Assembly (NCBI GenBank): GCA_001179505.1
Contig: CDMY01000302.1
Location: 64,682 to 128,681, forward strand
Direction of reading: 5' to 3'
Origin: Vitrella brassicaformis CCMP3155
Lineage: Eukaryota; Protista; Chromerida
DNA: 64,000 bases
Under the pieces are notes generated by a model. The model ran no database searches. It saw only the letters and a program-made list of their open reading frames with translations, and was not told the origin of the DNA. Every line of letters begins with the position of its first letter. The first letter of the stretch is position 1. The position numbers were made by a program, and so were the translations under genes. Of the stretch, positions 24,701 to 37,365 are shown piece after piece.

Positions 24701-27700
24701 CATCTTCATTGCCGGGGTGGGCTGTTAGCTGACATTCACATATTGGACAGTGGGTGAGTTTGTCTGTCTGTCTGTCTATCTGTAGGATCGCGAAGCCATC
24801 GTGCAGAAGCCTGAAGACGAGATAGAGGTTGCGGCACAGACAGAGGAGTCCCCCGCCCCTAAGATCGTCAACAAAGGCATGCATCCCTCAGCCATTCATT
24901 CACTGCCCACTGTCTCCGCGTGTATGTGCAGGGTCGATCCTCAAAGTGGCGCAGACCCTCATCCACAAATCAGCCAAGAGACGATCCGAATCCAACGAAG
25001 CCGATCACCGGACAGATCCACCACAACCAGACACAGAGCCACCACAACCAGCACCCCTCCCTGGTGCAGTCTCTGCCCCCTCCCCCTCCCCAGCACCACA
25101 ACCAGCACCACTGAGGCATCAGCAGAGCATACCCCTCTCCACCTGCAGCAAGAGATCTTCTTTCGCGGACCCACTCCCCCCTCAGCTGCCACCAGCTCTG
25201 CCCTCTCCCCCTCTCCCGTCAGACGACCCCCATCTCGACACGCCATTCGTCCACTCCGTCACCCAGAAGCAGCCTATCAACCTTGCAGAGGCGTTCCTCA
25301 AGCGAGCGGAGAGCGGCGATGGTCCCCTTGACCGTCCCAGACTGAGCGTGCCCAGCGTCCCCGCCGTTGCTGACGATAACGCAGCCGAGACAGCAGAGAA
25401 CAACGATGAGTCTGCTCTCACGTTCAGGGGCCAGCAGGTACACCCTGCTCCTGCCTGGCTGGTGGCCAACCGGCGGCTGCTAAAGCGCAAGAAGTCGAGC
25501 TTCATCATGGAGAAGGGGCTTGAGAACTGTTCGCTCGAAGAGCTCTTCCTGACGCGGCTGCACTCCCTGAAGGAGATCGGCAGAGCTCCACAGGCCCCGC
25601 CGTTTGAGTGTCTCGTCAACGGGGGACACATTTTGCTTTGCTGGACGCCGGGCAATGACGATTCAGGGTGGCTGGGGCTGGAATACTTGTGAGCAGCCAC
25701 ATGCCCTCATCAGCCTTATGTGCATGGGGCATCTGTCTGTGTGTGTGTTGTGGTGGTCAGTTTGCGGCCGCTCCGTCTGGCTGCGCGTCAGGGGCAAGGG
25801 ACGGATAACGCTGTCGAGACGAATTCCGACGTGCCCTTCATGCCGCCCATGAAACAGCGCAGCCAAGACATGCTACACTCGTGAGAGAGACATTTAATCT
25901 ACCCTTTCATTTACACGCAGACAGGGATACACAGAGCTTTGTCTGCAGAACTCCTGATCGCTCCAGGACAGCCACGTTCGGCCGCTCGCGGCGTGTGAGC
26001 ATCAGTGTGGACGCGCTGAGCAGCACTCAAACCAAGGAGAGGAGGGGCAGCAACCTTAGTCTCGGCGGTGGCCTCAGCAGCACGGTCAACGGAGGGCTGC
26101 TGCCCGTGGTTGTGCTCGGTATGTGCACAGGCATAGAGAGACAGAGGTGCATTGTGTGTGGTGTGGATCAGTGCCCATCATCCCGCGGGATTGGTGTCTG
26201 GTTGCGGACGACCCGATGTTGTTCTACGTCGAGGGCAGCAGCACCAACCTCTTCGACCTGGAGCGATGCGCTTTCCGGCGCGCAAAGGCCATCGTCGTGC
26301 AAGCAAACCCCAGCAGTCAGTCCGACACCTCCGCACACACATATGAGATGAGGAACAGCAGTGTGGGTGTGCTGTGCGTGGGTGCGCAGGCGAGGCAGTG
26401 AACGACCCTTACATGATGGACGCGTCGACGGTGTTCTCTGTCCGGCTGGTGGAGGGACACCTCACTGACAAGTCACTGCTGGCCAGCCTCCCCGGCAAAT
26501 CCAGCAGGTGCGTCCGTGCGTCTGAGAGAGTCTCTCTGCATGTGTGTGGGATGCATTGGCAGGCCGCCGTCCCCGACAAGTCAGCCGGAGGAGGGCAGCC
26601 TGCTGACGCGCACCATGGACCTGCTGCCGTGCTTCCCTCTGGTCATTGCCGAGCTGGTCTACGACGGTATACATGACAAACAATCGGTCGGCACACGTGT
26701 CTCTTGTCCAGTAGTCTCTTGCTGTGCGTGATGGGTGCATATGCAGGCAATGTCGCCTTCATTGCCCGCGATCGAGACGTAAGCACACATGGACGCCTTT
26801 CTCCCATCCGATGAATCTCTCTCTCTCTCTCTCTCTGTGTATGTGTGTGTCAGAACCAGCTTGCCAACGAGGCAGCTGACGTAGGCGGCCAGTCACAAAG
26901 CGCAGAAGCGGCCGCAGAGAGAGAGGGAGATGACACGCCGCACGACAGCAGAAGAAGAGCACACATCAACAAAGACGATGGCCACGACATCTCTGACCAA
27001 GAGGGCAGCGAGAGCAGCAGGTACACGCCACTGCACCACCCAGAGGCAGCCCCAGACCCCGCCACAACACTTGAGGACACCAACGGCGCCAACCCGAGAC
27101 GCACCAGCTTCGCAGCCATGTTCGGCCACTTTCTCGGCGGCCAGCACCACCACCAGCACAGCCTAAGACGGTCATTCATCCGATATTCCATGCCAGCCAT
27201 CGATGAGCAACACCAACAGCACCAGCAAGAGCATCAAGAGCAGCAGAGCGACTCGAGAAGAGGCAGCACCCGAGTCAACCGCCACTCGACGCAGGCCATC
27301 CCGTCAGCTGCACCGATCAAGCGGACCTCTGTTGACCGAAGGAAGGCGAGCACTGAGCAGAGGAGGCAGTCGATGTCGATCCTCGACGTCCTCGTGTCGC
27401 CCCGCAAACGCACGAGAGCGTCCTCTGCAGCTATATCGCCCATCATGGAGCCACCGACAGCCAGCAGCAGCAAGGAGAGGAAGTTCGCGCGAATGACGTC
27501 GCGCGAGTCCAACAGGCGGATCTCTGACCGATCCACACAGCCCCTGAGCAACACTAGCAACGCCAGCAAACAGGTGAATTTGCGGGCAGTGTGGCCACAC
27601 ACGAGCCTGAGAGAGGAGGGCGGCGAGGCCCGTCAGGCTATCATCAGGGCGAGTCTCTCTATGGTTTCGGCCCTCTCGCCAGCGGCGGGGGGTATGGCGA

Positions 27701-29771
27701 GCTTCAGGGAGAGAACGAGTGAGCAGCAGAGACACACCTATCTCTCTCTCTCTCTCTCTTTCTTTCTCTTCGTCTCTTCGTTGGTGTGTGCCATGACGGT
27801 TGATGTCGTGTCGGTATGGCATCAGGTATATGCAGGAGGGTCTGCTGATGGCGGACTACCCGCTGACGTTGGGCCACTCGCCTTACCACAGGGAGTACTA
27901 CAGACATCCCCGATACTCATCGGGGGAACTCTTCGTGTACGAGCGAACGAGTGCTTAAGACACCCATCCATCCACACGTGTGTGGATTGTTGCCGTGTGG
28001 CTGTCAATCAGGTCGTGTGTGACATCGTCACTGATAGTGAACGCCTTGTTCAATCCCTCCCTGCCACTGCTGGTCAGGGAGATGGTCGCTAGCAGAATTC
28101 TGGTCAGTCCCTCAGACACACACGGTTGTACGCAGACGTGCAATCTGCACCGACCTGTGTGCAGGTGTTGTCGGTGCCTGCTTCCTTTGCTGGGAGACAG
28201 TATGAGGGGCTCGTCAAACACTTTCTCGACGAGCGGGTCAGGCGCCATATGCACAGTGATACATGAGACATGATACACACGTTAACTGCGAGAACTGTGC
28301 GTGTGAAATGTGTGCAGGATTTGCTTCCGATCGTCTTGTATCGCTCTGCCTTTGTGGACCCTGCTCTCTCGCCATTGCTCGAAAACAGCGCACTCAGCAA
28401 CAAGGTGGGCACGTCATCCGTCAATGTACAGAAACGTACACAAGACTGGATGGATGGATGGATGTCTGTGTGCAGGTGGTGCCTGCGTCCAGTGCCCCTG
28501 ATGCAGCTTCACAGACGCCCTTTCTGAGACGGCTCAAGACCGTGGGCAACTTGCTGGGTACGTATAGACGGACACGCGCATTCATTCATCCCTCTATCAA
28601 CGTGTGCACATACATGACATGCAGGCAACGCCACGCCTCCAGCCCCCTCCCACTCCTTCACATGCCGCACACACGCCGGCAACTTCACCAGACGGTCTGC
28701 GTCATCCCTCGGCACCGATGACGACGACAAGCCAGGTACCCACTCGCATGCACAGACATATACAGACACATACAGACACGTGAATTCCTGTGCGGCTGTC
28801 ACGCCATGCAACGCAGAGGGGGACGAGGGTCAGGCTGCCCCCTATTCCTTTGCTGAGTTGCGCAAGAAGCGACGGAGCAGATCGCTCGCCCCTGAAGCAG
28901 TGCACAAGGGTATGGTATAAATGAGCGTGCCTGTTCCTCCGTACGTATGTCTGCTGTCGTGCAGGGGCTGAGACGGATGGCGCCACCACGCCCGGAGGAC
29001 GGTGCGCTCGTCCGTGTGTGTATATCAAATACCCATGTATACGTGTGTGTATATTTGTGCACAGGCCGGCCCACCCGTCCCGGCGCAAGTCGTTCCTGCG
29101 TCGGCTCTCCCTCGCACTGAGAATCGGCAAGAGCGACAGCATCGTCACCGAAGGGCAAGCAGCAGCCGCACATACACACAGAGAGAGAGACAGACAAATT
29201 TGTACACCCACGCGTGTGAATTGCACTGCACATACATACAGGCAAAAGCGGGGGTCAGAACAAGTAGAGACACCACCCCTCGTAAGCGTGCCGAGCGACG
29301 CCTACAGAAAAGAGAGACACGAGAGTATCGGTGTATTTGTGGCAACAGGTGACGGCCGCGTCTAGCCGTACTGCGGTGCTGAGAAAGCGGAAGAAGGGGA
29401 GGAAGGCGGTCGACAAGAAATATCCCGTCCGCGAGCCGCTCACCGCCATTCAGAGAAATGGCGGGTCCAAGAACCTCAGAATGCAAAAGTCAGCCATCTA
29501 TGAAGCCACGAAGCCATCGATCAGACACACACACATTGAGTATGTCTGGTTTAGGTGGGTGTTGGTAGCACCGGCAGCGTCCACAACGATCGGCGCTCTC
29601 GATCAGGTGGGCATCGTCATTCGTGCCGATGTGCAGCACATCGTTTCCTTTATGTGTGTGTGTGCAGGTCATTTGCTTCTCGCCGCGAGCGAATTTGCAT
29701 CTGTAGTAGTAGTTGGTGCACCCATTCACGCACAGACGGGTAGATTCGCTGCGTACGTATGTGCAAAGTAG
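19674..29771 (+). CDS. BK/Slo-type large-conductance K+ channel (S0-S6 plus RCK domains); ends approximate
   Basis: Pore DFFSSCYFVM/VTISTVGYGDVFPTT, S6 GRAFSVLMIAGGIAAF, RCK1 KHIVVTGNP, VVCLDEFKLQVISKGCVVPGFSALICNL, EYDKGITNELYEL; RCK2 AKAIVVQANP, DPYMMDASTVF. Long low-complexity insert exons at 24.9-25.7 kb and 26.8-27.7 kb. Confidence 0.9.
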
Positions 29772-30049
29772 CTGGGCACCCACGTGAGTGACAACGACGT
29801 GTGTGTTTCGGATTGTGTTTGCGTTCACTCGCCGGCTCGCTGGCCGGCCATTGTAGAAAGGGGAACAACAATGTAGCTAGCGCTTCGTGAGTCCATCCAT
29901 GGTTCCAAACACTCTTGACTCTCTCATTGTCTGACCCATGCATGCGCCTGAATACATGAATCTTCGCTCACGTGCTTGCTGGCGTGTCTCGTGTGCGAAT
30001 GGACGCAAAAATCGACGTGATATAAAATGTAGACAGCAATTTCTTTGCA

Positions 30050-32144
30050 TCGTGCTTCCCTCTTGGCAAGATCGTGACACAGCTGGGGCGCTTTGACCTC
30101 GCCGTATTGGTCCCGCAGCTCCCGCAGCTCCGTGATGGGCATGCGTGAGTGCGGGACACGGCCAGGGGCGAGCGGCGCCCTCAGCTTGCCCTCGTTATAC
30201 TCGCGGACGTTCAGGGGGCCGGGGGGGATACCAACAACTGCATGCACCGAGAGAGAGGAAGGGAGATGCAGTTGGTGTGATGGATCACCCCGCCGCCCAT
30301 TCTCATGCGCATGGATGTATGTATATAGATACCTGGTCGGGCGGCGCCGGACGAGAGGCGGTCCCAATACTGGTGGCCCAGCGTCTCGCGGATGACCGTC
30401 TTGTTGATCTCAATCAGGGGCTGCATGAACTGCCAACAAGACAGCAGGCCTTCCTCCTTGTCTCCCTGTCTGCCGTGTGATTGTCTGTCCTTAAATACCT
30501 CATCTCTCGTGGTCGACAGCACCGGGCCGTGGAGTGTGGCGAGGGTCTCGTCAACGATCAAGTTGACGGCGTCATGGGGCATGGTGCATTTCACCGACAA
30601 CTCGTCCACCACTGCACACACATCCACAGAGGGAGGATGGATGGGTGGCGTGCGTGTGCGTGTGCGTGAGCGTGTGCGTGTGCGTGTGCGTGTGTGTGTG
30701 TGCGTTTGTATGTGACCTTGTTGAGGTCGTTCTGGTGTTTCTCGACCAGCGCGAGGGCGTCGGGCAGATTGGCGACCAACCGTGGGCAGTTTCCCCCGCC
30801 GTTGATGAGGGCCGCCGCACAGAGCCCGCCTGCATGAACACGCAATGCAGGCACAACACAGGCGTGTGTGATGTTGTTATGTTTTCTCGTGATGTGTGTG
30901 TACCGAGGGAGAGCCCACACCATCTCGGGGTTGACAACGTCACCGATGCCGTTGGCAGGCTGGATGGCTATCTGAGTGAGTGAGAGCCACACACGTAGGG
31001 ACATATAGATGATGAGTGGGTGTGGGTGTGGGTGTGGGTGACGGGTGTGTGTGGGGGGGGGGGGGGTTACATGTANNNNNNNNNNNNNNNNNNNNNNNNN
31101 NNNNNNNNNNNNNNNNNNNNNNNNNNNNNNNNNNNNNNNNNNNNNNNNNNNNNNNNNNNNNNNNNNNNNNNNNNNNNNNNNNNNNNNNNNNNNNNNNNNN
31201 NNNNNNNNNNNNNNNNNNNNNNNNNNNNNNNNNNNNNNNNNNNNNNNNNNNNNNNNNNNNNNNNNNNNNNNNNNNNNNNNNNNNNNNNNNNNNNNNNNNN
31301 NNNNNNNNNNNNNNNNNNNNNNNNNNNNNNNNNNNNNNNNNNNNNNNNNNNNNNNNNNNNNNNNNNNNNNNNNNNGGGGGGGGGGGGGGTTACATGTACT
31401 GACGATGATGCGGATGATGATGCCCCAGAGCCACACGTACCACTGCCCCTCGTACTTCTTGATTATGAATATTAGGATACAGCTGCACACACCACCCACA
31501 CCACCCACACCACATACACCACCCACCCACCCACACACACACACACACATACGATGGACGGTCTGCGAGTCTCTGTGTCTCCGTGTGTGGGCTCACATGA
31601 TATCGCACGCCGCGATCAGATGCATCTTGTCGGTTCTCCTGGCCGCTCGGATGGCCCTCGATACACACTCCAAGGCGGAGTTGTTGGCGGCAAAGTTCAG
31701 CAGCAGCTCCTCGGCCTTGCCCTCCAGCCACTGATTGATGGATGGCACACGACACATTGCAGGTGTGTGCGCGTTGCGTGTGTGTGTCGTGCATGTCATT
31801 TGTGTTTGTGCGTACGTCTAGCAGCTCGTAGAAGTGTTTGTATTTGTGTGGTCGAATGGCCCAGAGGAACTCTCTCTCGCTCTTAAGCAGCAGCTTCATG
31901 ATGTCTGGGGCGGCCGTCTATCAGCGCCAGCTGCACACACACAGTAGAACACAGCACGACAGACACATCAGAGAATGGATGCCCCATGGGTGTGTGTGCG
32001 TGTGCGTGTCTGCACTCACGGCAGAGTGGCAGTCCTTGGGGAAGAAGCCCTTCATTAGCCGGTAGTAGAAGTCGGGGAACGAGTCGTAAATGTTCTTGAA
32101 GTGGCGTACCAGCCCATCGTACTTAAAGCAATGCGAGTCCAGCT

Positions 32145-32175
<31 letters not shown>

Positions 32176-32540
32176 GAGCACATGCATGCAGACTCGAATC
32201 CTCCTTGCATGGACAGATACCTGGGACAGATATACGCGTACCTGCAGGATGGTCTGCGCATCGAGGCTGTCTGCGTATCTCTCCCACACCGTCACGCCCT
32301 CCTCCTTTGCCCCAATACTCGCAAAAAAAAAAGGGATCTATGCAAGAACCCTTCTCACGGCCGAAGGCCGCCCTCTTCCCCTCCTCGTCCCTCTCCTCCT
32401 CCATGCTGGCAATGGTCGCCCTCAGCTCGGCGTTCTCGGCGTTGAGCCGCTCGCTAAATTGCCGCTCCTTCTCAAGGAGCCGCTCGAGCTCAGCGACGCG
32501 CTCTTTTAATCTGGCGACGGTCAGCCGCCTGTCCGCCATA
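30050..32540 (-). CDS. Hypothetical family Y gene, copy A (coiled-coil N-terminus), with a possible homopolymer frameshift
   Basis: Exons parallel copy B: KYDGLVRHFKN, RPDIMKLLL, NCPRLVANLPDALALVEKH, VDETLATLHGPV, QPLIEINKTVIRETLG, GKLRAPLAP. A 10-A run at 32323-32332 breaks the frame relative to copy B. Confidence 0.6.
31076..31375. other. Assembly gap (300 N), probably spurious
   Basis: The same poly-G+ttacatgta sequence lies on both sides of the gap. Confidence 0.9.
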
Positions 32541-32849
32541 TCCATCTCTCTCCCTCTTTCTGTCGTGGACTGGGCAGCGGGCACGATTGCCGTCGTCGAA
32601 ACCACACAAAAGCAGGTCCTCAAGCGCAGGCGGCAGACAATGTCGTCGCAGCCCACGGATTTTGCATCGCGAGCATAGCCGTGCAGTGCGCTTTCAATAC
32701 CTGAGCAAACACACACGCACAGCGCCCTCTTCCAATCCTCCTCTTTTACTTGAGTCTCCGTGGCGGCAATGGTACATTGCCGTTCCTTGTCAAGAAGCCG
32801 CCGCTCTAACCTCCTCTACATCGACATCAAGACAAGACACATAGTATAG

Positions 32850-33200
32850 TAGAGTGGAGGGACATGCACATCCTTCTACCTTGTTGTGCCCACCCACCCA
32901 AGCCGAGCCGCTCTTGCCGGCCTTGAGCACGCCCACAGGCACTGTGACGATGGCCTTGGTGGTGACCTTGACATGGCCGCTGCCATCCTCATGTAGCTGT
33001 GAATACCACGCCGGCAATCGGCACGACCAACATCCCGTCTGCAGACACAGCACACAATAGGCATACACGTGGCTGCATGTCTCCCTCCTGTCTGACCATA
33101 CGTCTATCGGCTGTCCGATGAGAAGGTACAGGCAAGCGTTGTATGAAAGGAGTCTTGGAAATATAAAACGTAGGCACCGATTCATCTGATCAAGAAAATT
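32850..33200 (-). pseudogene. Flavin amine oxidase-like gene fragment; second copy at about 38250-38620
   Basis: HEDGSGHVKVTTKAIVTVPVGVLKAG resembles the AIVTVPLGVLK motif of flavin amine oxidases. No FAD-binding GxGxxG exon was seen. Confidence 0.5.
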
Positions 33201-33589
33201 GTGTGTGACAATATATGCTGTGTCTGTCTGTCTCCCTGCATCTCTGTCCCGTCCGGTACCAATGGCATCTGAGGCTGTAGCTGTGGTCGATAAGCGAGCG
33301 GTACGCCATCTATCTCTTGCCCATCCTAGCGTAAGCAAAAGAAAAAAAATGAGCGAGTCAGCAGGCGTAAAGGGAGAGAGGGAGGCTTGCTGCAAGTGTC
33401 TGTGTACTACCTTGTTTCTTCCTCGTGTCGATGATAACACCGCTCTCTGCCTCCACGACATTGACGTCCTTACGGGCTGCTTCAATGACAACAACGACAT
33501 CGCCAGCCGACACCACTAACAAGCCGACTCCCATGAGAACGACGCCCCCACCATGGCCACCAGCGACAGACCCAACCCGATCCCCTCTA

Positions 33590-33954
33590 CCTGGCGTCCC
33601 TCTTGCTGAGGTCATGGCACAGCTGGGGCGCCCTCAGCTTCTCTACTCGCTCTTGAGCTTGCGCAGCTCGCCGATCCCCATCCTTGGGGTAGCGGGCCGG
33701 GGCCAGGGGGGCGCGCAGCTTGCCGTACTGGCTGACGTTCAGTCTGCCTGTCGGGATCCCAACTCCTGCAGACAGACAGACAGACAGACAGAAAGGAGAG
33801 GCCGCCGTATATCCATCCATCTCGCATGTGTACCTGCGCCTCTCTTCTGTGATGTCTTTTGCCCGCTCGATCGCCACGCCGATTGCGAGGTACACGCACA
33901 GATACAAATAGTACGCCCAGTAAGGGTAGAAGAACAGGTCAGCCCCAACCTGCC

Positions 33955-33986
<32 letters not shown>

Positions 33987-36900
33987 CGAGAGGCAATCGA
34001 TGGCTGTCCGAAATCATGTACGACGTGTGTATGACATGGCTCTCACCGCCAAGCGTCCCACACACGCAGTTCATGGCCGTTGACGCAGGAATCACCTCGG
34101 TGGCCCGCCCCGTGTGTCTCATCCCGTCGTGGGTGAAATACAGCTGCACCACACACACACACACACACGGAGACACGCACACACGAATGAACGCACACAA
34201 AGACGGGGTACGAGCGCGTCATTTATTGAGAGGCTACGTACCTGCAGCAGGCCGGAGGATATACAAATGAACTGCGCCCAAATCAGCGGCCCGTACTGGA
34301 TGTCGCCTTGCATGAGAAGCTGCACAGAGGAGAGAAAAGCATATCTCTTCAGGTGCAGATGCAGGCCAGTGCCATGAGTGCATTATCTCACCTCCAACGC
34401 CTGTTTGGCTTGCAGGCCCACCTGACATCCCCAAATACCGACCGACAGGCCGTACATCACTCCTGTACCACACGAACAAACGTACAGGAGACAGACGTCT
34501 CCTGTGTGTGGACGCACCCACCCCAGAGCCTTGTGAAATAGAGTACGTTCTGTCCTTTGCTCTCAACCGCTCTTCTGATGAACCACACAAGCACACACAC
34601 ATATACACACGAGAGGCAATCGATGGCTGTCTGTATTCATGCCCGGTGCTCTGTGGTGTGCTGCCGTGCGTACGCGTACGTGGTATTGGTGTGGTTTGTG
34701 CGCATACAATGGAGCCAGTGAAGTCAGCCATATGCCTATGATGGTGCCGATGATGACCGAGATGTCGCGCAGGGGCTGAAGCTTCTCCTCACCAGGGAAT
34801 AGGCACTGACAGACCCATGCAACCGAAAACCACACACAGACACCCATCCACCCACCCACCCACTCATCCATCCATCCATCCATTTCCCTCTTTGTGTGTG
34901 TATCTGCTCACGCAGCCGAGGCATGGCACTGTGGCTAGGGCGGCGGCATTCGTCGGGTACACCAGAGATGCAGGCGCGACGGCGAAGGCGCAGAAGTGGA
35001 TGAAGTTCCCGGCCACAAGAAAACACCGCCCCAGGCACTGGACGCACTCATTGTCGCACCGAGTCAAATGGATGCCGAAATTGGCCACTACGCCGCCCAG
35101 GAAGCTGAGGAGGCCTCCAACGGTGTAAGCCACTGCCGGCGTTGGTCGATAAAGAGGCTTGGAAATATAAAATGTAGGCACCGATTCCCCTGGTCAAGAC
35201 AATGGCGTGTGACACTATATATGCTGTGTCTGTCTGCTGTGTGTACATCATGGCCAAGTACTGCTTGCCCAGCGCGGCGATCTCAAGGTCCCTCTTGATG
35301 GGCAGCAGGGGCTTGATGAACTGCACACACGCATACACACAGACATGGCAGTCAATGCTCGTTCGTTTTTTTTTTCCTCTCTGTCCTGCCTCTTGTGAGT
35401 GTGCCCACCCGCCCACCTCGTCGCTGGCATCTGACCGGACCGGCCCGTCGAGCGTCGCAAGCGTCTCGTCCACGATGAAGTTGACGCCGTCGTGTGGCAT
35501 GGTGGGGCTCTCCGACAACTCGGCCAACACCTGGATACCCACACACACACAGACAAAGAGACAGAGTCAGTGGATGGATGGATGGTGTCGAGTATATGTC
35601 CACACCGACCTTGACGACGTCATAGTTGTGTCGCTCGACAAGGGCGAGCGCGTCACCGAAGTTGGGGACCAGCTTCGGGCAGTTGGCCCCGCCGTTGATC
35701 AGCCCCGCGCAAACCCACACATACCTCACACACTGCCCTACGACGTCTGCAAAGGTGTGTCAATCAAGTACCGAGTGAGAGGCCCGGGTAGTTGTCGATG
35801 ATGTATTGACAGGCCCTCACGGGGAAGGTCAAGTCGGCGATGCCGTCGGCCGGCCCAAACCGAGGAGGGATTCTCAGGCAGGGGAGAGGGGGGAGGTCCG
35901 AGAGCCCCCTCCTGCTCAGGCAACGGGAGGGGGGAGGAGGGGCCCAGAGGTGGCAGCAGCTGCCACGCGGAGGCTCACGGGACAGAGGAGAGGAACGGAA
36001 ACCGGGGAACAAGGCAGCCGGTCAGGGGGCCGAGAGAACGCAGCGTCACGAAGAAAGCAGCAAGGGAACGTGCATAGGACGGATAGACCAGTGTGGGGCG
36101 GCCTGTCACGCGTCGACGAGTGCAGTGCCTAAACCCCGGAGGAACGGATCTGCGTCACTGCGTCACTATCTGAAGACAGACAATTGCACACTCGGGTGAG
36201 TGGGCGGGTGGCTGGATGGGTGGCGCGTGGGCACTTACGATGAGGCGCCACACGATGACCCACGCCCACATGATCCAGCCGCCCTTGCACTTTTTGATGA
36301 TGAAGATGATCAGAATTCTGCACTCACACACACACACACACACACATCCATGGCCGTCGTGTGGGTGGGTGGATCGTCGCTCACATGATAATGATGATCC
36401 AGCCATCGCAGCAGCACAGCAAGATTGGGCTCTCCTCCCCCTCCCCCCCTCGCCCTCCATGCCGGCCCTCAGCGCCTTGGCCGCGCACTCGAGTGCGGAA
36501 TCCCCGCCGGCGAAACACACGCGGAGCTCATTCTGGGTGGCCTGCAGCCACTGCACCCACACAACACAACACAACACAATCAGCACGAGAGCAGGACATG
36601 GATGGAAGAACGTGTGTGTGTGGATGGTTTGCGTGTTTGTGTGCGCACGTCGACGAGCTCGTGGAAGTGTGTGAACTTCTGGGGCCGCCTCTTCCAGAGA
36701 AACTCCCTCTCCCCCTCCAGCAGCAGCTTCAAAATGTCTGGCTTGGCCGTCCTATCCATCACACCCACCTGCGCACCACCCACAACACACACACATATAG
36801 GATGGATGTGGATGGATGGATGGATGTGTGTGTGTGTCTGCTGACCCCTGTGTGGCGGCCAGGTCTGTCGAAGAAGTTGTGCATCAGCTCGAAGTAGAAG

Positions 36901-37365
36901 TCAGGGAAGGACTCCTTGCCACTGAGCTTGAAGCGGTTCTTGAAGTGGCGGACCAGGCCGTCGTACTTAAAACAATGAGAATCGAGCTGACACACCACAC
37001 ACACATAACACACACATATAGCACATACCAGCCCTGCCCAACCTCTCCCACCCGCCGGCCCGCTTGCCTGAATGATGGTTGTCTCGTGCAGGTTGGGATA
37101 TCTCTGCAGAACCCTTATCCTCTCCTCCTTGGCGCCAATGCGCTTGAGGAACCCGTGGTCCACACACGACCCCTTCTCCCTGACGAATGCGGCCCTCCTC
37201 CTCTCCTCCTCGCACTCCTCCTCCATATCTGCCATCGAGGCGAGTAGCCGCTGCACCTCCGCCTCAGCCTCCTCCCTCCGCTGCCGCTCCTCTGCCAGCT
37301 CCTTATCTCTCTCAGCAAGCAGGGCATTCTCGTCTTCTTCCTCGTTGGGCCGCCTGCCGGCCATC
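33590..37365 (-). CDS. Family Y gene, copy B (interrupted by or fused to the NIPA-like exons)
   Basis: MAGRRPNEEE...RRAAFVREKGSC, KYDGLVRHFKN, KPDILKLLL, NCPKLVPNFGDALALVERH, VDETLATLDGPV, QFIKPLLPIK. The terminal exon GKLRAPLAP..PQLCHDL lies at 33590-33770. Confidence 0.6.
33780..35140 (-). CDS. NIPA/DMT-like Mg2+ transporter exons embedded in a family Y gene
   Basis: VGGLLSFLGGVVANFG...FLVAGNFIHFCAFAVAPASLVYPTNAAAL, DISVIIGTIIG, YGPLIWAQFICISSGLL, YYLYLCVYLAIGV: hydrophobic exons with NIPA-like AFAxAPASLV. Confidence 0.55.

Noticed and set aside
31021-31400. Apparent duplication around the N gap
   Set aside because: Identical poly-G+ttacatgta on both sides indicates overlapping contig ends, not a biological repeat.
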